Source: Zootoca vivipara (taxonomy: Eukaryota). From it: a DNA stretch of 64,000 nt. Positions 52,698 to 63,729 of the stretch are shown here, piece by piece. Within the stretch, counting starts at the first letter, position 1. Each line of letters starts with the position of its first letter. Both the position numbers and the translations under genes were made by a program. The DNA is taken from contig NC_083277.1 in NCBI RefSeq assembly GCF_963506605.1, positions 92,318,001 through 92,382,000 of the forward strand. The letters are read 5' to 3'. The notes below the pieces were generated by a model. The model ran no database searches. It worked only from the letters and a program-made list of their open reading frames with translations, and was not told the origin of the DNA.

Positions 52698-55600
52698 CAA
52701 CTGTAAATCTGGCTCTTCCCCACCATTCAAACCTGGTTTGTGTATCAGTTGTAATAATGAGGGTTGCCCTGACCTTCCATCAGTCATTTTTAGAAGTTCT
52801 AAAATGAGTTTTTGTAAGGTTTTTTGCGCACTATAAACTCCTCTCTCTGAGCCCATTGAGCTTGGGCTGGGCTGGGACAAAAAGCACACTGCACTGAACC
52901 TGCATAGAATATGGTTCTAATGGGTTCCCTGTCGTTTGCAGAGTACCCTCAGGAGAGGGCAGTTTGTATCAGAAAGGGCCCCAAAGCTCCCCATATTAAT
53001 TTTAGCCTTTTACCGTAATTGTGCCTGTGAGAAGGGGGTTTATTGTTTTGTTTTTGTTTTAATTATTTACTTGTGTTTTTATCTTGTATTTTATTCTGTG
53101 AACCGCCCTGAGATCTTGCGATGAAGGGCAGTACCGTCATACCTCAGTTTAAGTATGCTTCGGTTTGAGTATTTTCAGTTTAAGTACTCCGCAGACCCGT
53201 CTGGAACGGATTAATCCACTTTCCATTACTTTCAATGGGAAAGTTCGCTTCAGGTTAAGTACGCTTCAGGTTAAGTATGGACCTCCGGAACCAATTACAG
53301 TCATACCTCGGGTTAAGTGCGCTTCAGGTTGAGTACTCCGTGGACCTGTCTGGAATGGATTAATCCACTTTCCATTACTTTCAATGGGAAAGTTCGCTTC
53401 AGGTTAAGTACGCTTCAAGCTAAGTACTCCATGGACCCGTCTGGAACGGATTACAGTAATACACTTTCCACTACTCTTTCAATGGGAAAGTTCGCTTCAG
53501 GTTAAGTACACTTCAAGTTAAGTACAGACTTCCGGAACCAATTGTGTACTTAAACCGAGGTACCACTGTATACAAAATTAATTAATTAATTAATTAATTA
53601 TTAATAATATTAAAAGTAATAACATTTTCAGGCTTCCTGTTTCTGGCGGTGAGAAATGGCTGACTCCCACACGATCGGACCTCAGCCGTGCCGGTAATTC
53701 AGGGTTGGTATGGGGGTAATTAGCTCTGGCAGACTCCCCAGGGTGGGGGAGGTCTGTCTCGTAGACCCGCAGACCGTCCGAGATTGTCAGCTTGCATCAA
53801 GGTGCAAGTGGCAAGATGCTAGGTCCCAGAGCACGACACGTCTGGCACTCTCCAAAGTCACTCTCATAGCCGGAAATATCTGTTTGATAAAATAATTAGA
53901 TTTGGACAATAAACAGACATAGTCTGGACCGAAGAAGACTGAGAAAAAACCTGCAGAACTGCATAGTCCCTGGTGTTTAAGCTCGGACTTCAAAGAGATT
54001 CTCATCATCTCATCTGCTGTTCACTATTATTCTCTCTCAACTTGTACAATTTTAAATGTGTGTGTGTAAAATGTTGTCAGCCTTTTGTGCTCGTAAATGC
54101 AAAGGAAACAGACCATTCAAAGGTGGATCTGAATGTTGGTGCCATGAAACCCTGACCTGCTGTGCAGCAATTTTTGGGTATGGGGCTATTCAATAAAAGT
54201 CATAAGTTCTTATGAATACTGACCAGGATAAGGAACGTATTTTTCAGATGTTTTCTTCTTTCTCCTAGAGGTAATGAGTCTCTCGCATTTGAGGAACCAA
54301 CGGGGAGGTTTCATCTCCTTCAGAGACCTTGTCACATAATTCTCAAGGAGGCTGACAACCATCAACAGGAAAACTCCCATGAAAAATTTTGCTGCGAAAT
54401 GAAAGGCACAGCAAATCTTGCTGTGAGATGGATCTCTCCTAGCGCTATCAAATAATTACTTTTCCATTATAAGCTGCAAGAAATTACTCTTGCTTACCTA
54501 TTATAGGGGGGTCATCTGAGGATGCTGGCAGAATACTATTGAGAATCAGCGACAAAAAAGAGACTTCTAGGATCAATGTGATCTTGACGTTGATCTTTTC
54601 AGAATCACTGGCAGAAGTGAAGGAAACAGCCATATCCAGGAAGAAGAGAACAGCGGTTGGGATGATTAGATTCAGCACATATAGAATAGGACGCCTCTGC
54701 ATAAAAATCTGTTGAGAGATTAAAAACGCATCAAACTGCTTGAAAACAACAACAACAAACGCAAGTGGGATTTGATTGCAACAAGGAGTCATCCCCTAAT
54801 TTTCGAAACTTGACAGCTAGGGGTCCATTGAACCGAAACAGGTGTGCCAGTGGGTCACTGAGGCTAGGAGCTCTTCCAACTTTCTCCTTCAGACAACCCT
54901 TTCTGCATTGACTTTTCTGTCAAGGATCTATTGTGCATTGCAGAAAATGCCGAGTCATGTTTAAGGTTGCGTGCTCAGCCACCCCTGCTCTGCCTGCACA
55001 AAGAACACCTCTGCATAACAACTCCCCTCTTCTTATTAAGGAACTCCAGATTATAAGCATCCAAGAAATCCCATGCTTTCTTAGAATAAAGGCCATTCCC
55101 TTCTCCAGACTGTGGTCCAGGAATCTGATGGGTAGTTTACTCACACCCTCCAACTTTCCTCAGATGAAAATAGGGTCATTTCTCATTCCCCCCCCAACTG
55201 ACCCTCCTCGATGCCCCATTTTGTGGTGTCCCCCAGCAGAGCATTTCCTATCAGAAGAAGGGCGAGCGCCACCACCACTACGCAAAAGGGACACGGCACA
55301 CAGACCCGCCACCCTGCTGAGAAAATTCTGTAATCCCAATTTTATTTTATTTTATTTCTTTTGGTAGATTTACCAAAAGAAAAACAGCAGTAAATAAATT
55401 TTAGAAAGGGGCATGGGTACAAAGCATTTTAAAAAATAATAATCAAGATTCCTTGTGTTCTGCTCTGCCTATCCAGAAGAGGGCAACCAAAATGGTCAAA
55501 GGCCTGGAAACGATGCCTTATGAGGAACGGCTTAGGGAGCTGGGTATGTTTAGCCTGGAGAAGAGAAGGTTAAGGGGTGATATGATAGCCATGTTCAAAT

Positions 55601-58600
55601 ATATAAAAGGATGTCATATAGAGGAGGGTGAAAGGTTGTTTTCTGCTGCTCCAGAGAAGCGGACACGGAGCAATGGATTCAAACTACAGTACTGTACATG
55701 AAAGAAGATTCCGCCTAAACATTAGGAAGAACTTCCTGACAGTAAGAGCTGTTCGGCCGTGGAATTTGCTGCCACGGAGTGTGGTGGAGTCTCCTCCTTT
55801 GGAGGTCTTTAAGCAGAGGCTTGACAGCCATCTGTCAGGAATGCTTTGATGGTGTTTTCTGCTTGGCAGGGGGTTGGACTGGATGGCCCTTGTGGTCTCC
55901 TCCAACTCTATGATTCTATGATTCTATCCTCCCACCCAGGGGAGCCCTGTCCTCTGCCTGCCCCTCACAGCTGATATTTCGTGGGGCTGAGCCCCAGTGG
56001 TGGCAGCCTCTTCTCCTCACCTGCTCTCCAGCAGCTGCTATGAGCTGCCCAAAGGAGGAGGCCAGCAGCAGCGGCCATAAAGAGGCAATGGGAAGCTTCT
56101 TCACAGCCACCACTGCCACCATCCTTGTCACTCGAACAAGCGCCGGCTCATTCTCCCCCTCCCCCAAGCCAAGCTCGGTGGTGGCAGCGCTGACAGGGGA
56201 ATTAGAGGCATTCCTGGATCAAATCAGAAGCTGGGTTGGCTGTTGTAATTCTGGGACCGCCTTTGGAAAATTGAAGGGTATTATTCTACTTAGCAACATG
56301 TCTCTTCCCTAGGATATAAAATGAAATCGGTAATACATACTGTAATTGGGGATCGTGAGTCCCAGAGGCAATCAGTATTCTGTTGCTGGGCTCTTATGCC
56401 ACACGTTGTGACCACCAGTGACTTAGCGGTATTTCCTGAAGAAGAATCCTCCGTAGCAACAACAAAATTTCATCGAAACAATGCAATCTGCAGAATGTTT
56501 CCTATTAAGCAATGGAAGTCAAAGCCCTGACGAGCACCTCATCAGTCTTCTATACCTGGTAAGTCACCGTACTGTAGTTCATCTCAAGACCAGTCATGGT
56601 GTCACGGGAAACACTGATGTGGTTGAACTTCCACTCCCCGTTAGTTAAGTATAGGTTGCGATCTTTGGCATCCAATTTAGTGGTAAACGTTTTGTGCAAC
56701 ATTTCCACTTCCTTATCTGGAGCGAGAGAAAAACAACAAAGAGACAGGAGCTTAAGATGGGATTCTATTTTCCTTGTAGCCTCCACATAACCTCCCCGCT
56801 CCACCATCCGAACAAAGGAGACCTAAACTCTTAAAATGCTTTGTGCGATATATAGTAATGATTCGGCAACGCTAACTCATACTCGCCAACTCTTCATATT
56901 TACCAGGGACAGTTCCTATTTTCTGGCATAGCTGCCAAGTTTTCCCTTTTCTCGCGAGGAAGCCTATTCAGCATAAGGGAATTTCCCTTAAAAAAAGGGA
57001 TAACTTGGCAGCTATGTTTTCTGGTACTATATGTGGTAAATTACATTTCCCTCTTTTTTTTGGCAGGAGATGCTGCAGGTGCCTAAAACACCCCAATGAC
57101 TTATATGCTTTCCTTGGTTGCTAACAGCAGACAGTGTGTGTGTGTGTGTGTGTGTGTTGTATAATGGAACTGCAATAAGAACAGGAAAAGCCATGCTGGT
57201 TGCTTAGTGCTGTCGCCTCACATCCTGGTTACAGGCTTCCCTTCAGCATCTGATTGGATGCTGTGGGAAACGGGATTCTGGGGCAGTTAGACCTTTGGCC
57301 TGACCAATCAGGACTCTCCTTATGCCCTTATGGGCTAAAACGTCCTCCTACCATGGCCACTTCCAGACTACTGTGGGTGGGATCAATTGCATACCAGCAG
57401 ATTAGGTACTACTATGCAGCAAAACGCCTCCGCTCAACCAACCATGGTGTGGTGTCTTACTCCCCCCCCCCTTTTTTCTTTTGCACCTGTCATCAAAACA
57501 GGTGAGTCGAGGGGGAGCAACATTTGTTTGGGAGGCTGTGCTGCTGGTGGCGCCCCCCCCCAATATTTTGTTCAAGTTGGCGCCAGTGTCAAACAGCAAG
57601 CGCACTCGAGAGAAAATGTGCTGTTTACGGCTTACCTGAATGCATGGGGGAGAGCACAGTTATGTTGCAAGCCTGCTTATCGAAAGGAAATGTGAAGATG
57701 TGCAGGCTGCAAGATGATGTCAGGTGAAAAGCCTGGTGCTGCATCATTTCTCCATTGGAGGAAACGTGAAGGAACGGGCTGGTTCTGGACTTCTCTTCAT
57801 TGGCCCTGAAACATTGCCATTAAGGCCCAAGAGCAGGGGTCAGCAAACTTTTTCAGCAGGGGTCCCTCAGACCTTGTGGGGGGCTGGACTATATTTTGAA
57901 AAAAAAATGTACAAATTCCTATGCCCCACAAATAACCCAGAGATGCATTTTAAATAAAAGGACACATTCTGCTCATGTAAAAACACCAGGCAGGCCCCAC
58001 AAATAACCCAGAGATGCATTTTAAATAAAAGGACACATTCTACTCATGTAAAAACATGCTGATTCCTGGACTGTCTGGGGGCCGGATTTAGAAGGCAATT
58101 GGGCCGCATTCGGCCCCCGGGCCTTAGTTTGAGGATCCCTGTCCAAGAGATTAAGCAACAGGCTTGGTATCACTTGTTTTAGTTCGGGTAACCCTTTTGC
58201 AGCTGAAGTTTGCTTTCCCTGCCCCTCGCCATCCCAATGTGCCTTGAATGATGGGTCAGGGGAGCCGCAGGCAACACTGGCCTCCGTCCCTCTTTCCTTC
58301 CCTCCCTCCTCTGATGCCCTCTCGCGCCTCTGCCTCCCAAAGGCTTGCACACCTGTTTTTCTTGCAGCAGCCCTGGCTACAAGCTCCCCAGGCGAGTGGT
58401 GCCTCTTTGGGGTGGGGTGGGGCAGCTCAGAGACCAGCTGCCTGGAGGACTTCCAAGGGGAGGGGAGGCTGAGGGAACACTCTACAAGGAAGGGTGTTCA
58501 AAAAAAGGTGAGAGGCCGCCAGCTCTGCAGGCAAGGGGTGACGTAACTACAGAGGTGCTGCAAAAAGAACGTAGTTGGTTAAGGGAGCTGTGGACTCAAA

Positions 58601-60905
58601 AAGGTTGAAAATCTCCGATATAATGTACAGTCATACCTCAGGTTGTGAACGTGATCCGTGCGGGAGGCACGCTCATAACCCGCAGTGCTGCATCTGCTCA
58701 CACACGCGTGTGATGCGATTCAGCACTTCTGTGCATGCGCATGATGTCATTTTGTGTTTCTGCGCATGCACGAGTGCTGAAACCCAGAATTAACCCATTC
58801 CCGTACTTCTGGGTTCAACACGGTCCACAACCCGGAAACGCGCAACCCGCAGCGTTCGCAACTCGAGGTATGACTGTATTTTAATGTTTTCAAATGTGTT
58901 GCAAGTCACTTGGAGACCTTTGTTGGGTAACTAGTAACTAACAAGTCTAATTAACTGTCATCATTGCTACCACCAATATAGCCATTTGTTTACTCTCTAG
59001 CATGAATTTTAAATTTTCTACCTTCATTTAACTATTTGTGGGTGTTTCAACCAAAGCTTAAACCATCATATCATCTGCAAACAACACTTATTTGGTATTC
59101 AGAAGGTTGGAGCTGCCATAGCTTTTTTGAGAGGGAAGGGGAGAAATCAACATAAGCATTGCTTCAAAGAAGTTGCCAAACAAATAAATGATCCTTACTG
59201 TTCTTCTATAGAGATTTCAGGCATCCAGAATTTATCCGCTGGGAGAGTGAGATGGGTTATGCCACAGAAGTCAGAGGGATTCCAGGACACAAAGTCATTT
59301 CTCCATTTCTATGTTGCAGAGTTGAGTGAGCAAAAAGATTAGTGTACAACATCTCAGTTTGCTTATTTAGGAGAATTGATAAAATCTCTGAGCAGTGGAC
59401 ATAAAACAATGACTATTAATAACAGCCAGAGAAGATCAGCATTAAAAAAACTCCAACAAACTTTATTCCTGACACTTCTCTATCTTCTCTTACCCTCCTT
59501 GTCAACACTTCCAGTATCAGAATGAACAAAACTGGTGACAATGGACATCCTTGTCTTGTTCCTTTTTGGATATCACATTTGCCCATTATCATCCGATTTA
59601 CAATTATTGTGCTTGCTGTCACATTGAAATACTGACTTCTCACAAATGTGGAACAAACATGATATAGCATTTGTAACTCTGCAAGTTCTGCAGATCAAAG
59701 TGATCAAACAGGTATGTATGGGTCAAGGTGCTCTCTCAAGTAAACGGCTTCCAAATTCTTAATGACTTTATATACTAAGAGTAAAATACTGAATTTGGCG
59801 CACTCGGCAATTCAGCGGCTACTGCAGATCTTGAAGCAGAAGAATAATGTGCTCCAGGATTTCACTCCTGTTAGCAATCACGCTGCACCGTTTTGCACTA
59901 ACTGCAGTTTCCAGACCAGCCATAAGAGGAGTCCCACAAAGAGTGAATTGCAGTCATTCAGTTGTGAAGTTATCATTGTCTGGGCTGCTATGGGTCAAGC
60001 TATCCCGGTCCAGGATTGGCAACAGCTGCTGTTACCAGCTGAAGTTGGCAAAAGGAAGCCAGCTACAAAATTCATCTGGGCCTCCAGCAACAATATTGGA
60101 TCCAGGAGCCACCCTAAGATTGCTCCTCCAGAAGGAGTGTGACCCTTTCCAGGTCAGGCAACTGGCCCATTTCTTGGAAATGGGAAGCACTCACCCCCAG
60201 TTCCTTTTCCTTACTAAGATTCAAGCTCAGCTGGACAAACCAAGGGCTAGTACAATATGATAATAAAAAAAGGAGAGCCTTACCACAAACAGCCAGAAGT
60301 AAGTTGTAATCACTTGCAACTTCTCTACCTGTAAAGAAACAAAAACAGAAGGGGCACAAACCACCCACAGCGATGCACCTGCTGAAATGGACGAGCTTAA
60401 CTCTTTAACTGGAAATCAGTGGAACATAAAAATGCTTTGCTTTGCCTGGATCACCCCCAAATTATAAAATTCCCTCTGCCTCGCTTGTCTGAAGTGTGAA
60501 GCTCGCCGGAGATTTTGGCGTCTTACCACTGCCAGGATAGAGACGAGAGTAAAATCCAACTTGACTGTCAAAGGTTCTCTCCAGTCCTCCTTGGGTCTGG
60601 TATACAGGAGGAGCTTGTTGTCGTTCGAAATATTCAGATATTCAACCACACTGTGATGTGAACAGTTCCATGGGAAGGCAATCCCTACTGGAAATGGAGT
60701 GAAAAGAAGTTTTATTATTATTAATCACCACTCAAGCCAGGAACAGCCTTTCCCACTGACTGCCTATTACGGATGGCAACATATGAGAGCAAAATCTCTG
60801 TTCCTAATTCAGACACTAACCCATCCCTTGGACCATCATCATAGCAAAGAGAGGCTTACCTGGGAACAGAGCAAAAAGGGCACAACAGAAAAACGACTTC
60901 CACAT
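51449..60905 (-). CDS. 5-HT3-receptor-like Cys-loop (pentameric ligand-gated) channel subunit, ~442 aa, orphan paralog
   Basis: Nine exons: 60905-60860 (signal peptide), 60684-60527 ([12 protein letters not shown]), 60328-60284, 59308-59199 (WMPEISIEE), 57805-57636 (Cys loop [15 protein letters not shown]), 56716-56556 (GEW), 54708-54498 (RRP-M1, M2), 54391-54224 (M3) and 51708-51449 (MA, M4). Internal exon sizes 45/110/170/161/211 match the HTR3A gene structure as I recall it, and the frame is open throughout (1329 nt). Confidence 0.92.
52088..52322. mobile_element. Tc1/mariner (Tc2/pogo-like) MITE with CCG-type ends
   Basis: TA|CCCTGTTTCTCATAT ... ATATGAGAAACACGG|TA with AAATAAG subterminal repeats. 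Confidence 0.8.
52455..52589. mobile_element. hAT MITE
   Basis: Same family as 44799-44934. Confidence 0.85.
53134..53568. mobile_element. Tigger-like MITE with three internal units
   Basis: Same family as 18731-19051 in opposite orientation, TA TSD, with an internal TIR-like copy at ~53298. Confidence 0.85.
55472..55927 (+). mobile_element. CR1 LINE 3' fragment, same young subfamily as 6289-6757
   Basis: Near-identical to the 6.3-kb copy, with (ATTCTATG)n tail. Confidence 0.95.
56927..57015. mobile_element. Short hAT MITE; second copy at ~62560-62648
   Basis: TIRs CATAGCTGCCAAGTT/AACTTGGCAGCTATG. 8-bp TSDs TTTTCTGG (here) and GCAGGGGC (second copy). Confidence 0.85.
57834..58141. mobile_element. 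hAT MITE with internal tandem duplication
   Basis: CAGGGGTCAGCAAAC...GTTTGAGGATCCCTG, TSD CCCAAGAG/TCCAAGAG. Confidence 0.85.
58628..58876. mobile_element. Tigger-like MITE
   Basis: TA|CAGTCATACCTC ... GAGGTATGACTG|TA. Confidence 0.8.
59030..59625 (-). mobile_element. L1/Tx1 reverse-transcriptase remnants, two pieces flanking a host exon
   Basis: [21 protein letters not shown]...GIK at ~59625-59462 and EYQISV-FADDMMV at ~59100-59030. Confidence 0.7.
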
Positions 60906-63529
60906 TCTTCTTCTGCACCTGAGAGATGGCAACAGACTGAGGAGGCTGTGCAAGGAGCCGACTGAGGAGGCATCAATGAATTTTAAACCTTTGCAGGGAT
61001 GAAGTGCACACTGTAAACTTTGGTCAAAGTCTCGCACGAAAGCCCTCTTGGGAGCGAGCTTCTTTGAAATTATTAATACTTTATTTCCTGTAAACAGGAA
61101 GAGCACTTTTCTCACACCAAGGTAGCCACTCTGAGCGGCTCCCAACAGAATATTAATAACACGATAAAACATCAAACATTTAAAACTTCCCTGAAGTATT
61201 TTTTTTTATGAGGGCCATTGCTTAGGGAACCAAAACTATGCCACCCATGCCCAAGAGGAAGGCACCAGCAGACTTGGAGGGATACCACAAGTTTTGCAGC
61301 AGTACAGAAAAGAGCCCAGTGAGGACTGAGTGTGTTCAGTGAGCACAGAACACTGGATGTAATACTGGGGGAAACAGAGTATTTCCAGTTCTGAAGAGCA
61401 GCATTTCACAGGGCAATGTAGGCTGTTGGTCCCACTTGTTTTCCATTATTGAGGCAGTCCCCAACATCCTATTTTTTTGAGCATTCACCCTGATCTATTT
61501 TCTGGGAGGTTAGACAACGATGGCTGTTTATTGAGCGTTTATTCTGATCTGTTGGCACGGAAGGTAGATGACGTCGTGTCAAAGTGACCTCTATCCCATA
61601 CTTTCCAGTGTGTTTCCGTGTTCCCTATCCTTATTGCAAAAAGTCTGGCCTTTTGGAGAGGGGGGTCTGTTGTACAAGACCATCTAATCCAATCTAAAGC
61701 TCTGCCTCCATGGTTGGAGGCAGTTGTTGGCCTCCATCTGTCTCGAGAGGCAATGGAGTGCACATTTGTGGGTGAAGTAAAACCACTTGAGAATCACAGT
61801 GCCTGCTGTGGCCGCAGAGACAGGTAACTCATAACTGCTGCTTCCTGTGTTGTTTTTTTACTGCGTTACCAGCACCGAAGTGGCCTCCCTGGGCGCAAAC
61901 CTGGGCAGTGTGTATGGGAGTCCTGAGCTGCCCAGACAACAAGACCCCCCTCTCAGCCTCGCTGATGTGCTCCAAAGGAAAGCAGAGCAATATGTTTGGC
62001 ACCAGTTTGGCTGCAGGAGTTGCTGGAAGGAGGTTTACAAGGCACCATCCAACCGCCTTAGGGACTTCACTCCAGATTTGTGTAGGGTTTGCTCTTTAGC
62101 CTTCTCCCAAAGATAGTCCCTCAAGGCAGTGAGTACAGATTTTTCCTCGAGGTTTACTTTCAAAGCCTTTCTCTCGAATGAGCAAAGCAGTGGAGGTTGG
62201 GGGTCAGAGTTTTCTTACTCCTAGATGGGCTGCCTTCCCAGGTTGATGAGCCCCATCTGCCTCTCACTTCCCCCCTACAGCGCATGCAGAAACCGCCTTC
62301 TTGACCAATGGAACCACTCTTGGTCTTGTCTGCTCAACTCACCAGTGTCTGTCTTCACATGCAGGGGAAGTCCTTAACTCACCAATGGGTTTGAGAGCCA
62401 TTGGCTACCCTCACGTGGTTTAGCCAACCAGTTGAAGCCATTTCTGGGGTGTCACATGCTGACAGCTTCTAGGAGCCACAGGTGAGAGCTGAGTTCAGGG
62501 TGGTGACCAAGGTGGCCGAACTACCCCAGAAGGCACGCAACATGTCCCCCAGCAGGGGCCATAGCTGCCAAGTTTTCCCTTTTCTTGCGAGGGAGCCTAT
62601 TCAGCATAATGTAAAATCCCTTAAAAAAGGGATAACTTGGCAGCTATGGCAGGGGCACTACCCCTCCCCTAACACCATATACACCCCGGAGGCTTTAATG
62701 TTTCTGATTACCAGTTGTTTGAAACCACAGGAGGGGAGAGTGCTCTGTCTTGTGCTCAGATTGTACTTGCAGGTTTTCTACAGGCACCTGGCTGGCCCCT
62801 GTGACAACAGAATGCTAACAGATGGGCCATTGGCCTGATCTTTTGGGATCTTACTGTGTTCTTAAGTGCACGACCTGAATTTCCCTATATGTGATTGACC
62901 CCCACTGGAGACAGGGCAACAGTCTGGAAGCACCCTAAGTCCTTTGTCCTCATTCTCAACCCAGAGTTTCATTTCAGGGAAAGAAGAGTGATCTGTAAGG
63001 CGAGCAGCTTCCGCCCTTTCTGCTCCACCTATTTTTATTGGTTCACTTTCCAATAAAACTAAACTTGGGGGGGGGGTAAGATTAGGTAAAAGCCAACAAC
63101 TGAAGGCAGTGGCAAGGACCCATCTCCTTAATGGAAACTTGAAGATCTCTTCTGATGCTGCGGTTATTGAGACACAACTGCACATTTCATATGAATATTG
63201 AAAATGGATCCCTGGGGCTTTCTGGGTGGCAGATAATGGAGAAAAAGGAACATTGCCAAAATGCTGTACTGGATAGATGTCTGTGATGGGTTACTTAATC
63301 TTAATTGCTTCAAAGCAGTGGCCTCAATTTGAAGGAATCAGAGAAGTTCCTTTGTATGGTTACATCCTGTTCAATTGCATGGAATTTGCAAGCTGCTTCT
63401 TTGCCTTTTCCAGTGGTATTCTCATACCCTACTCACCAGACGCACCAACTGCAGGGGGCTGAGGGGTCTTTGGCCTCCTCAGTATCTGGGGGCAAGGGGC
63501 CAGGCCCCTGAATGTTGAGTGGGTGGAAG

Positions 63530-63729
63530 CAGTGGCGGAACTTCGTGCTCCGGCACCAGGGGCGGAGAGCAGGCGGGGGCGTGGCACGTTGCCCTCAGGG
63601 GCATGGCGCGCATCCCAGGGGCATGGCACGCATCCCGGGGGCATGACGCCCAGCACGTGGGGGCAGCCATGATGCCACCCCACCGGGATCCTGGTGCCGG
63701 GAGCGGTACCCCCTCTTCCTCTGCCAGTG
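63530..63729. mobile_element. hAT (Tip100-like) GC-rich MITE
   Basis: CAGTGGCGGA...TCTGCCAGTG termini, exact 8-bp TSD GGTGGAAG (63522-63529 and 63730-63737), internal GGGGCATG repeats. Confidence 0.8.

Noticed and set aside
51449-60905. Naming the channel ZACN or HTR3A
   Set aside because: M2 and loop sequences match neither well and the flanking genes differ from theirs; left unnamed pending a phylogeny.
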